Positions 9,584 to 18,566 of a stretch of DNA of 64,000 nt are shown here, in pieces. The translations under genes and the position numbers were made by a program. Below the pieces are notes generated by a model. That model had not been told where the DNA came from, did not search any database, and saw only the letters and a program-made list of their open reading frames with translations. Positions within the stretch are counted from its first letter, which is position 1. Each line of letters begins with the position of its first letter. Origin of the DNA: Candidatus Rokuibacteriota bacterium (GTDB lineage Bacteria; Methylomirabilota; Methylomirabilia; Rokubacteriales; CSP1-6); assembly GCA_016209635.1 (NCBI GenBank), contig JACQWC010000013.1, positions 12,680-76,679 of the forward strand. Direction: 5' to 3'.

Positions 9584-10809
9584 CGCGCCCGCCCCAGCAA
9601 TGGCTCGAGTCGCGGCCAGACGTCGGCCGCGAGGCGCTCGGCGAGCACGCGATGAGCGGCACCGGTGAAATGCGCGAAGTCCGGCTGGCCACCAATGCCG
9701 GAGGCATCGGTCTCCGGATAGTTCGTCCAGAGCGGCCCGGGGATGAGGCCCGTGTAGTCGAGGTACAGCGCCTCGTAGCGGCGGCAGAGGTCGGCCAGAT
9801 CGCGCCGGAAGCGCGCCACGTCCTCCTCGACGTACGAGTTCGGCTCGAGCGGACGGATCGGCGCGATGTAGAGCACCGCGGCGACCCTCTGCTCACGCAG
9901 GAGCCGCAGGCTCGCCGCGATGAGCTCGAGATTGGCGGCGTACATGGCCGGCGCGATCGGACGGCGCGTGGTCGTCCTGAACCCGAGCAGCGCGTTCCGC
10001 GTCGCGGTGTAGCGCAGGCTCAGGGCCGCGTGGAGGTCGCGCCGGGCCGCGAACAGCGGCAGCGCGCGCTCCGCCCATCCCTGAAGATGCTCTTCGATCG
10101 CTGCCATGGGCCGTTCCCGCCCCGCACGCGCGTCGGCCGACGGACCCGCCGCCGACGGCTGCACGGCCTCGAGCGCCCGCACGTCGGCCATGGCACGCGC
10201 GGCTGCGGCGAGCCGCGGCTCGGCGCTCACGACGCGCGCGATGGCGTCGCGCGCGTCGGCGTTACCCATGAGCCGGACGAGATCGGGCCGCGCCTCCACC
10301 CACCGCAGGCCGTCCAGCACGATCCCGACGATCACCGCGTCGGGCCCCTGAGACGGATTCGCCGTCGCCGCGACCAGCTTGATCAGCAGCTCCGACATGG
10401 TGAGGTTCGCGTCCGACGCCATCCGGATGGCGAACGGCTCGTCGCGGTCGCCGCCGTTCAGCGCCGACGCCAGCCAGGCCGCGACGATCCGATCACCGGG
10501 CCGCATGTCCATGATCGCCATCGTCTGCGAGTTGCCGATGAAGAGGACCGTCGCCCGGCCCGGAGCTCTCGCGGGAAGATCGCGCAGAACCCTCGCCACG
10601 AGAGGATCGGGACGGCCCTGCACTCCGGCTCGCGGCGTGAGGCGCCCTACCTCCCCCGCCGTCCCGAAGGTCAGGCGCGGGTCCTGCGCCGCCGCGAGCG
10701 GGTCGGTCGGCCGGCTCCGCGATACCCCCGCGTTCACCAGGAGCACGATCGCCACCGCCGTGATCGGCGTCACGCCGCGGCGGAGTGCGTGGCGGATCGG
10801 CCCGCTCAC
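9580..10809 (-). CDS. Membrane-anchored SGNH/DltD-like protein (probable periplasmic O-acyl transfer partner of the MBOAT)
   Basis: ORF track 9580-11490 is over-extended. GTG 10809 forms a GTGA overlap with the stop of the upstream GT2. It has an N-terminal TM anchor (TPITAVAIVLLVNAGV), an SGNH block-I-like VLFIGNSQT and a block-V-like DFAHFT (D-x-x-H). Confidence 0.6.
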   Translation of the reverse strand: MSGPIRHALRRGVTPITAVAIVLLVNAGVSRSRPTDPLAAAQDPRLTFGTAGEVGRLTPRAGVQGRPDPLVARVLRDLPARAPGRATVLFIGNSQTMAIMDMRPGDRIVAAWLASALNGGDRDEPFAIRMASDANLTMSELLIKLVAATANPSQGPDAVIVGIVLDGLRWVEARPDLVRLMGNADARDAIARVVSAEPRLAAAARAMADVRALEAVQPSAAGPSADARAGRERPMAAIEEHLQGWAERALPLFAARRDLHAALSLRYTATRNALLGFRTTTRRPIAPAMYAANLELIAASLRLLREQRVAAVLYIAPIRPLEPNSYVEEDVARFRRDLADLCRRYEALYLDYTGLIPGPLWTNYPETDASGIGGQPDFAHFTGAAHRVLAERLAADVWPRLEPLLGRAR

Positions 10810-11672
10810 CGCTGCTGTCCGGCCCGCCGCATCTCCTCCACCTTGACCTTCACAAGGAACGGATACCAGAACGCGTGGAGCACGCAGTAGATCAGCCCGG
10901 GCCTGCCGTCGAGGAATCCGAGTCGAAAGAAGTATCGGTACGCGAATTCGATGCAAGGCGCGAGCAGCGACGGCACCGCAGCCAGCACGTTCCGCCGCAG
11001 CCAGACGGCCCGTCGCCGCTCGAGGATCGCCGTGCCGGGTCTGCTCTGATTCAGGAGTCCACCTTGTGTGTCCGTACCCTTCAACAACTCGCCCGCGGCT
11101 AGGTTCGAGATTCGATTGTGTTTGTCGATCCAGAAGCCGAGGTCTTTCTGATCCAAGTGGAGCATGTGGCGTCGCAGATATCGCGCCTTGCCAGCAAGCT
11201 CGAAGTACTCGCGGTCGCCGGCGTGATGGACCCGGACCCGGTCGCGCCTCACCAGCCGCAGCACCCAGGTCGGGTTGTAACCACCGTACTTCAGCCAGCG
11301 GCCCACAAAGATCATGCGGCGATCGATATAGAATCCGGACACTTCCTCCCGGAGGCCGCGAAGCGTCCGTGTGATCTCTTCTTGGAGCTCCACCGTGAGT
11401 CGTTCGTCCGCGTCGAGGAAAAGCACCCAGTCGTGGCGGATCGGCAGAGTGGCAAGGGCCCAGTTGCGCTGCGCCGCCCAGTTCTCCCACGCATGTTGCA
11501 CGACAGTTGCCCCGAGCGACCTCGCGATCTCCACCGTGCCGTCAATGCTGTACGAGTCGACGACGAACACCTGATCGGCCCACCCGAGCACACTCCGAAG
11601 CGCGTGCGGCAGGTTGATCTCCTCGTTGTACGAGAGAATGATCACAGTGACGGGCGTACGCTGTTGTGTCAT
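10806..11672 (-). CDS. Glycosyltransferase family 2
   Basis: Start taken at ATG 11672 (MTQQRTPVTVIILSYNEEINLPHAL). GT-A motifs are present, including DADE (LFLDADERL). The C-terminal GFLDGRPGLIY block is shared with the N-domain of the next gene upstream (paralogue). Confidence 0.85.
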   Translation of the reverse strand: MTQQRTPVTVIILSYNEEINLPHALRSVLGWADQVFVVDSYSIDGTVEIARSLGATVVQHAWENWAAQRNWALATLPIRHDWVLFLDADERLTVELQEEITRTLRGLREEVSGFYIDRRMIFVGRWLKYGGYNPTWVLRLVRRDRVRVHHAGDREYFELAGKARYLRRHMLHLDQKDLGFWIDKHNRISNLAAGELLKGTDTQGGLLNQSRPGTAILERRRAVWLRRNVLAAVPSLLAPCIEFAYRYFFRLGFLDGRPGLIYCVLHAFWYPFLVKVKVEEMRRAGQQR

Positions 11673-11739
11673 CGTGGCTCCGCAGGCATCGGGACATGCG
11701 GAATCGGTTCCACAGCGCGGCAGGGTCCGGCCCGGGTTA

Positions 11740-13677
11740 TCATCCTGGAGGCATCGTCCGTCTGGCCGTGTAGCCCACATCCCCGTAGAGCAACCGCTTC
11801 ACCGGCCTGAACTCGCGAAGGATGTAGAGCGCCTCGTGCAACGGATCGGCGAGCGCCGAATCGTAGACGAGCCTCGTGCCGATGCGGCTGCGGAACATCC
11901 TCCTCGTGAACTCACTGAGCAGGGACCGTTCCAGCGTGAACCGATGAGAGAAGAACTTCGACGGTGGCTCGTTCAAGCGAACCCCGGCCAGCGAGTCGGC
12001 AAAGAGCCCCACCCGCCGGGCGACGACGAAGTGTCGTACGGTCCACGGATCGATCCCCATGATCTCGGCGCAGGCTCGCGACCCGGAGCCGATGTCCGTC
12101 GCAGCGACGAGCAGATTCATGGCCACCGCCTTGCCGGCCATCGGGCCGCTCTCGTCGAGAAAGTATGTTCCGTCGAACAGCGCCAAGCGTGGACGGAGGA
12201 GCATGTTCACGGCAACGATGGTATGCGCGAAGTCCGGATGGTACCGGAGACGCATCGGGCTCGGGATGCATCCGAACTGGTTCTTGAAGCCGAGACTCAG
12301 TCCGGTCATCGCGTGAACCTTGGGCACGGGCATCGTGATGAAAAAATCGGTCTCTTCGATGAGCAAGCGCGGCAACTCGACCGTGACCTCTCGCCCGTCG
12401 ACCTCTTGCCGACAGATCACGGCGGGAAGCTTCGTGAGATTCTCGACGTGGATCCCGTAGCGCGTCATGAGGTCGTACAGCCCGTGGGCTGCGAACGCTT
12501 CTTCAGCTTTGTACGAGTGGTACCCTCCATCCGACTCGCCGATCGTGATGTCGACGCCATAATCCCTCAGCGCCAGCACGGCCGCCTCGATGAACGCCGG
12601 CGTTGTCGTCACTCCCGGTGTCGGGTCCGGCCACGTCAAATTCGGTTTGATGAAAATCGACCGCTTGCCTCTCAGCAGGTCGCGTATCCCGAGCCACTCG
12701 AGGGCCGTCCGTATCCGCTCGACCAGTGTCTGCTGCGTGAGGTGCCCGATCCAGACAGCTGGCGGTGTCACCGCTTCGGCGCCTGCATCCGCGTGAAGGA
12801 GGTCTCTCGCGGACGCCGCCCGAAGAGGAGCCGACCGCCTGGCCCGAGCTTTCTCGTAGTACTTGGCGCTGATGAGGAACGGGTACCAGAAATGCATCAG
12901 CACCGCGTACGCCAGGCCCGGAGCGCCATCGAGAAAACCCAGTTGAATAATGTAGCGAAGGACAAAAAGAAGGACGGGGCGGACGAACATCGGGACCCGA
13001 TGCCAGATCGCCTCCCGCAACCAGCGTGAGCGCTTCAGCTCCACGTACTCCGACGCCGTTGCGCTGGCCAGCCGCCTCTTCCCAGCGCCGGTGAGGAGCT
13101 CTTCCACCTCCCATTCCGCCATCATGTTGGCCTTGGTGATCCAGGCCGTCAATCCACGCTTGTTCTCGTGAATCATGTCGTGCCGGAGCGTTTGGACCTT
13201 TCCACGGATCGCGAGATACTCGCGGCCCCCGGCGTCGATGACTCGTGCGAGGTGCTTGCGGAACAGCCGAACCTCGGGCATCGGATAGTTCGCGCCGAAT
13301 CGGAGCCAGCGACCGAGGAAGTAGAACCGACGTTTGATGTAGAACCCGTCGACTCCCTCCGGGTGACGATCGAACAGCTCGCGAATTTCCTCCAGCAACT
13401 CCGGCGTGAGGCGCTCGTCCGCGTCGAGATGCAGGACCCAGTCGTGACGGATCGCCAGGTTGTCGAGCCCCCAGTTCCGCTGAGCGGCGAAGTTCTCGAA
13501 CTGGTGGAGATGGACGTTCGACGTGTACTGCCGGGCGATCTCCTGGGTCCTATCGGTGCTGAATGAGTCGACGACAAACACTTCGTCCGCGAAGCCGGCC
13601 ACACTCTCCAGACACGGACCGATGTCGCGTTCCGAGTTGTAGCTCAGGACGAGCGCCGACAGGGGCACAGTGCCCAT
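11740..13677 (-). CDS. Fusion protein: glycosyltransferase family 2 domain + DUF362 domain
   Basis: 645 aa. The N-half (LVLSYNSERDIGPCL...HLDADERL...GFLDGAPGLAY) is a GT2 paralogous to 10806-11672. The C-half (IFIKPNLTWPDPTPGVTTTP...ITIGESDGG...PKVHAMTGLSLGFKNQFGC) matches the DUF362 pattern. Confidence 0.8.
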   Translation of the reverse strand: MGTVPLSALVLSYNSERDIGPCLESVAGFADEVFVVDSFSTDRTQEIARQYTSNVHLHQFENFAAQRNWGLDNLAIRHDWVLHLDADERLTPELLEEIRELFDRHPEGVDGFYIKRRFYFLGRWLRFGANYPMPEVRLFRKHLARVIDAGGREYLAIRGKVQTLRHDMIHENKRGLTAWITKANMMAEWEVEELLTGAGKRRLASATASEYVELKRSRWLREAIWHRVPMFVRPVLLFVLRYIIQLGFLDGAPGLAYAVLMHFWYPFLISAKYYEKARARRSAPLRAASARDLLHADAGAEAVTPPAVWIGHLTQQTLVERIRTALEWLGIRDLLRGKRSIFIKPNLTWPDPTPGVTTTPAFIEAAVLALRDYGVDITIGESDGGYHSYKAEEAFAAHGLYDLMTRYGIHVENLTKLPAVICRQEVDGREVTVELPRLLIEETDFFITMPVPKVHAMTGLSLGFKNQFGCIPSPMRLRYHPDFAHTIVAVNMLLRPRLALFDGTYFLDESGPMAGKAVAMNLLVAATDIGSGSRACAEIMGIDPWTVRHFVVARRVGLFADSLAGVRLNEPPSKFFSHRFTLERSLLSEFTRRMFRSRIGTRLVYDSALADPLHEALYILREFRPVKRLLYGDVGYTARRTMPPG

Positions 13678-14552
13678 CAGGTCGTGCTTCGCTGCAGCGA
13701 CTCGGCACGTGTCCGCGTCCAGTGAACGAGGACCCGTGTCTCATCGCCCGCCCGCTGCTCCTTGCGGGCCGTGTAGATCACGTACGGCAGCCCCGGGCGG
13801 GGCTCGACCTCCAGCACTTCGAAGCCGAGACGAGTGAGCAGCTGTCTCATTTCGACCTCTGAGAACGTGACCCCGACAAGGGTGCCGCCCTGCTCGCGGC
13901 GGTCCGCTCGTCCGGTGGCCCACACTTCGAACCGCACGATCCCCGCTGCCTTGAGAACCCGTGCGGCCTCGGCGAGGTAGGTCAGCACGAATCGCTTCTC
14001 CGGCAGGTGTCGGAAGACGGCGATCGAGTAGCAGAGGTCGAAGTGCCCGGCAGGATACGCGGAGAGCGCCCCGTCGCATACGCGAAGCTGAACGTTTGTC
14101 AGCCCCTCCAACCGCTCCTTCCCCTGCTGCACCATCTCGGCCGAGATATCCACGCCATGTACCTCGGCCGTGCGGCGAGACATCGGCTTGACGAGCCGCC
14201 CGATCCCACACCCGATCTCGAGCGCCCGCGCTCCGGGCTCGACGACGAGTTCCTTGAGGACGACATCCCGCACGTCCGCTTCCCCGGCGGCGTCGAACTC
14301 TTCCTCGGTCTTCCACGCGTCCCAGTAGATATACCAGCGGGCATTCCGCCGCGCGCGCGCATCCCAGTCCCTCGCCATATCGCCCGTGCCCACGCTCACC
14401 CCGTCCGGCGAGATCTCGAGGTTGTAGACCAGCCGTCCCAGCGGAGGAATCAGGGAGCATGCGAGAAGCAGGCTCCGTTTGAGAGCCTCCTTCACCAGGG
14501 CAGCCTTCCTCACGTAGATCCACTTCCGGGCCAGCACCCGTAGGACGGTCAC
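13677..14552 (-). CDS. Class I SAM-dependent methyltransferase
   Basis: Motif I ALEIGCGIGRL. Start taken at GTG 14552 (GTGA overlap with the upstream stop); the ORF track extends to 14618. Confidence 0.8.
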   Translation of the reverse strand: MTVLRVLARKWIYVRKAALVKEALKRSLLLACSLIPPLGRLVYNLEISPDGVSVGTGDMARDWDARARRNARWYIYWDAWKTEEEFDAAGEADVRDVVLKELVVEPGARALEIGCGIGRLVKPMSRRTAEVHGVDISAEMVQQGKERLEGLTNVQLRVCDGALSAYPAGHFDLCYSIAVFRHLPEKRFVLTYLAEAARVLKAAGIVRFEVWATGRADRREQGGTLVGVTFSEVEMRQLLTRLGFEVLEVEPRPGLPYVIYTARKEQRAGDETRVLVHWTRTRAESLQRSTT

Positions 14553-15220
14553 ACCACCCCGCTTCCCTTTTGACCTATGACACCGAGCGTGGGACTGAGA
14601 ATCGGGTGGCGCAGCCACGGCGCCCGGGCCCAGAAAAAGCGGAGCTGTGGCCCAAGTCCGCCAGCGGACAACGCGGCGCGCAGCACATGATGCCGGAGCC
14701 GGCCGTCGTTCCGGTCTCCCGACGTCATAAGCAGGAATCGCAAGAGCACTGCCGGGTTGGCGAAGTTCGGCTCGATCCCCAGGTAGATCCCGGCGGGAGC
14801 GAGTACGCGCGAAATCTCCGCGGCGGCGCGTTCAAGCGGGCGGAAGCGGAACAGCACGCCGCTGCCCCAGACGACATCGAATGCCCCGGCCGCGAAAGGC
14901 AATTCGAACGCGTCGCCGACGACGAAACGAACCGGGGCTGGCTGCCCACGAGACATCGCCGGCCCGAGCCGGGCCGCGATCAGATCGAGGTTCACGTACA
15001 GTCGCGGAGCGGTCGCCGCGCACACCATCCGACCGTGCAGACACTCGCCGGCGCCGAGGTCGAGGACTCGCTTGCCGTCGAAGTAGCGATGGTACTCCCC
15101 GAGAAACGAACGGTAGTAGGCGTCGAGGTAGCCGAAGCGGCCGTCAGAAATCGTCCGGGACTCCGAGTAGTACTGGCGCTCCGCTCCGTGGTCGAACGCA
15201 GTGGACGAGAGGCGTCTCAC
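14549..15220 (-). CDS. Class I SAM-dependent methyltransferase
   Basis: 223 aa. Motif I VLDLGAGECLHG and downstream FDVVWGSGVLF. GTG 15220 overlaps the upstream stop (GTGA). Confidence 0.8.
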   Translation of the reverse strand: MRRLSSTAFDHGAERQYYSESRTISDGRFGYLDAYYRSFLGEYHRYFDGKRVLDLGAGECLHGRMVCAATAPRLYVNLDLIAARLGPAMSRGQPAPVRFVVGDAFELPFAAGAFDVVWGSGVLFRFRPLERAAAEISRVLAPAGIYLGIEPNFANPAVLLRFLLMTSGDRNDGRLRHHVLRAALSAGGLGPQLRFFWARAPWLRHPILSPTLGVIGQKGSGVV

Positions 15221-16311
15221 GCCCGACTCCAGCGCGCGAGCGCCCCGGCGACGGTCTCGGCCTCCTCGTCCGTCATCTCGGGGTAGAGAGGCAACGAGAG
15301 GACCGTACCCGCCGCCGCCTCGCTCGCCGGGAGCGTCCCGGGGCCGTAGCCGAGGTCCCGATACGCCTCCTGCAGATGGACGGGCAACGGGTAATGGATC
15401 AACGTTGAGATCCCCTGGTCGGCTAGGAAGTCCCGGAGCTCGTCACGGCGGTCGGTCCGCACCACGAATAGGTGGTAGGCGGGCTCCGCGCTGGCCGGTG
15501 CCGCCGGCACCCAGGTTCCTCCGCCAAGTGCGTCAACGTAGCGCTTGGCGAGCTCCCGCCGACGCACGTTCCACGCGTCGAGGTGCCGAAGCTTGACGCG
15601 AAGCACCGCCGCCTGAATCTCGTCCAGCCGGCTGTTGGAGCCCCTGACCACGCTGACATAGCGTTCCCGCCAGCCGTATTGCCGCAAGAGCCGTGCCTGC
15701 TCGGCCAGCACTGGATCGTCTGTCGTGATGACGCCCCCGTCACCAAGTGCCCCGAGGTTTTTCGTCGGGTAAAAGCTGAAGCATCCCAGATCACCCAGGA
15801 CGCCCACGCGACGCCCACCGTAACGGGCCCCGTGCGCCTGCGCACAGTCCTCCACCACCCGCAGACCGTGCCGCATCGCCACTGACAGAACGGACGACAT
15901 GTCGGCCGGCGTGCCATAAAGATGCACCGGAAGAACCACCTTCGTCCGGGGGGAAATCGCCCTTTCCACGAGCGCGGGATCGATCGTGCAGGTCGCCGGG
16001 TCCACATCCACCAACACTGGGCGAGCCCCGCTCAGCTCCACAGCCGCCACCGTCGCCACGGCCGTGTGAGACACCGTAACGACTTCGTCTCCCGGCCTCA
16101 CCCCGCAGGCCCGCAGTGCGAGGTGCAGCGCCTCGGTCCCGGACCCGACTCCGACCGCGAACCTTGCCCCCACGTAGCGGGCGAACTCCTCCTCGAACGC
16201 GGCGACCTCCGGGCCGATCACGAACACGCCCCGCCGGACGACACCGGAGATGGCGGCCTCGATCTCATGGGCAAGGCGTCGGTGCTGGCGAGTGAGATCG
16301 AGAAACGGCAC
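15217..16311 (-). CDS. DegT/DnrJ/EryC1/StrS family PLP-dependent sugar aminotransferase
   Basis: VPFLDLTRQHRRL start and the PLP-lysine block FSFYPTKNLGALGDGG. The ORF track start at 16380 would overlap the upstream gene by 59 nt, so GTG 16311 is preferred, but the start is uncertain. Confidence 0.9.
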   Translation of the reverse strand: MPFLDLTRQHRRLAHEIEAAISGVVRRGVFVIGPEVAAFEEEFARYVGARFAVGVGSGTEALHLALRACGVRPGDEVVTVSHTAVATVAAVELSGARPVLVDVDPATCTIDPALVERAISPRTKVVLPVHLYGTPADMSSVLSVAMRHGLRVVEDCAQAHGARYGGRRVGVLGDLGCFSFYPTKNLGALGDGGVITTDDPVLAEQARLLRQYGWRERYVSVVRGSNSRLDEIQAAVLRVKLRHLDAWNVRRRELAKRYVDALGGGTWVPAAPASAEPAYHLFVVRTDRRDELRDFLADQGISTLIHYPLPVHLQEAYRDLGYGPGTLPASEAAAGTVLSLPLYPEMTDEEAETVAGALARWSRA

Positions 16312-16321
16312 GCTTCGGATC

Positions 16322-17347
16322 TCAGCGGTAGTGATCGATGTGCCTCTGGAAATACTCGAGCGTTCGGCGCAACCCCTCACGCAAAGGGACTGTCGGGACC
16401 CAACCGAGTTGCTCCCGGATCTTCCGATAGTCGGAGTAGTAGTCGCCGATGTCGATCACCTTTCGCTCCGGTGGAAACGGAACCTGATGGAACTCGCCGC
16501 GGCCATTCACCTCGACCAGCAGCTCGGCGAGATCACGGAGACTGATGAACTCCTCACTCCCGAGATTGAAGACGTGGCCGTACATGTCGTCACAGATGCC
16601 TGCCAGCAGCAGCGCGGTGACGACGTCGTCGACGTAGTTGAAGTCCCGCAGCTGGGTGCCATTGCCGAACACCTCGATGGGCCGTCCCTCGAGTATCTGG
16701 AAAATCCACCAGCCGAGGAACGTCTGCCGCGCGTCCTTGATGCGCATCCGGGGACCGTACGTGTTGGTGAGCCGGAGCGCGCACGACCGGAGGCCATAGA
16801 CGTTGTTGTAGACGATGTGGTACCGCTCGCCGGCCATCTTGTTGATCCCGTTCACGTCTGTCGGGTGCAGGAGATGGCGCTCATCGACTGGCAAGTAGTC
16901 GGGCACGCCGTAGATCTGCCGCGTACTGGCGAACACGATCCTGATGCCGGGGTTGATCTTCCGGCACACCTCGAGGATCGAGAGCTGGCTGCGGCAGTTG
17001 ATGTCCAGGTCCGTGAAGGGATCGCGCATCGAATCCAGGTGACTCGTCTGTCCGGCCAGGTTGAAGAGGTAGTCCTGTCCGGCCACCAGATACCGCATCG
17101 AGTACTCGTCACGGACGTCGGCGACGTTGACCCGCACCCGCGACTCCACCCCCTCGAGGTTGAACAGGTTGCCCCCGTACTCGGGGATGAGGGAGTCGAC
17201 CAAGAGCACCTCGGCCCCGAGCTCAAGGAGCTGCCGCGCGAGGTTGGAGCCGATGAAGCCGAGACCTCCCGTGATCATCACCCGCCGGTGACGATACGCG
17301 TCTTGGTCGAGAGCCGACATCGAGAGCATCGACATCGAGAACATCAT
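16322..17347 (-). CDS. NAD-dependent epimerase/dehydratase (extended SDR)
   Basis: 341 aa. Rossmann motif ITGGLGFIGSNL and extended-SDR layout. At the expected YxxxK position the sequence reads NGINK (see finding). Confidence 0.85.
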   Translation of the reverse strand: MMFSMSMLSMSALDQDAYRHRRVMITGGLGFIGSNLARQLLELGAEVLLVDSLIPEYGGNLFNLEGVESRVRVNVADVRDEYSMRYLVAGQDYLFNLAGQTSHLDSMRDPFTDLDINCRSQLSILEVCRKINPGIRIVFASTRQIYGVPDYLPVDERHLLHPTDVNGINKMAGERYHIVYNNVYGLRSCALRLTNTYGPRMRIKDARQTFLGWWIFQILEGRPIEVFGNGTQLRDFNYVDDVVTALLLAGICDDMYGHVFNLGSEEFISLRDLAELLVEVNGRGEFHQVPFPPERKVIDIGDYYSDYRKIREQLGWVPTVPLREGLRRTLEYFQRHIDHYR

Positions 17348-17420
17348 GTTACAGCCCCGGGTTGGCAGTCACACCATTTTCCTGTGCTGTCCTTCCCGAA
17401 CGCGGCCGATCATTCCGTCA

Positions 17421-18566
17421 TCACTCGTCCTGCGCCGGCGCCCGGCTCAACTCCAAGCATCGCTGCGAGTACTCCACCCACGTCGGTCCCGGCGGACCGG
17501 ATGGCCGGCGCGCCGCCAGAGACCGGCGGAGCTCCCTGTCGGCGGCCGTCAGCTCGAAGAGCTTGGCCGCACCCTCCACATCGCCCGGCGCGTAGTAGAG
17601 CGCACCCTCCCCAGCCATCTCCCGGTTGACGGCGGTGTCGGCCGCAACGATCGGCAACCCGTAAATCCTGGCCTCGAGAAGGGGAAACCCGAACGACTCG
17701 CACAGGGACGGGAAGACGAGCACGTCGCAGGCGCGATACAGCCGTTCGATCGTCTCGCCACGGACCTTTCCGAGGATCACCACCTGCTGGCCCAGGTCGA
17801 GTGCTTCCACGCGGCGAACGAACCGGTCGAATCCCTGTGGCCAGTCTTCCGGCGCGATCGTCAGATAGAGGCGGAGTGGCCGGGCCGTCCGGTCCACAGC
17901 GCGCCGGAACGCGTCGAGCACGAACGGCAGCGCCTTGAACGAGAGGATGTGACCAACGTAGAGGAAGCGCACAGTCCCGGGGGGCGCGTCGGCGAGCGCG
18001 CTGGCGACAGCCCCGCTCAGCGGCTCTCGCGCAACCGCCGGGTCATACGGATGTGGCATGATCTCGAAGCGGTCCGACGGAAGCTCCGGGTGCACCCCGC
18101 GGATCATGTCGCGCATGGCCAGCGTCGGCGTGATGATCCAGCGCGACGCCCGCATCGCCCGGTACAGGAGCGCCCGCCGGATCCGGGTCACGAGGAGGTC
18201 GCGCCGTCCCAGCGTTTCGAGGTAGGCCGGACAGTAGTACATCGCGTTGCGCTGGAACGCGATCTGGCGCACCGGCGGCCGCAGCATCCCAAACGAGAGA
18301 GTCGCCCACACCACATCGGCGCGCTCGCTGACGGTGATCATGGGGAACACCACCTGGTCCCACCAGAGACGATGGAACTGGCCGTGAAGGGGCACCGAAC
18401 GCACGCTGACTCTCCCGGGCGCCTGACGGATCGGGAAGGCAGTGCTCACGTAGACGACGTACTGCGCGGAGGGATCCGCTGCCTCGAGTGAGGAGAGCAT
18501 GCCCCGCAGGTGGCGATCACTGCCGCCCGTCTCCAGCGCCGCCAGCGCGTGGATCAGGACCCTCAC
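17421..18566 (-). CDS. Glycosyltransferase family 4
   Basis: Start taken at GTG 18566 (VRVLIHALAALETGG; GTGA overlap). GT4 C-terminal block FPSLCESFGFPLLEARIYGLPIVAAD. Confidence 0.8.
   Translation of the reverse strand: MRVLIHALAALETGGSDRHLRGMLSSLEAADPSAQYVVYVSTAFPIRQAPGRVSVRSVPLHGQFHRLWWDQVVFPMITVSERADVVWATLSFGMLRPPVRQIAFQRNAMYYCPAYLETLGRRDLLVTRIRRALLYRAMRASRWIITPTLAMRDMIRGVHPELPSDRFEIMPHPYDPAVAREPLSGAVASALADAPPGTVRFLYVGHILSFKALPFVLDAFRRAVDRTARPLRLYLTIAPEDWPQGFDRFVRRVEALDLGQQVVILGKVRGETIERLYRACDVLVFPSLCESFGFPLLEARIYGLPIVAADTAVNREMAGEGALYYAPGDVEGAAKLFELTAADRELRRSLAARRPSGPPGPTWVEYSQRCLELSRAPAQDE

Noticed and set aside
10810-11490. N-terminal extension of ORF 9580-11490
   Set aside because: It overlaps the GT2 gene 10806-11672, and the GTGA junction at 10806-10809 gives a sensible TM-anchored start.
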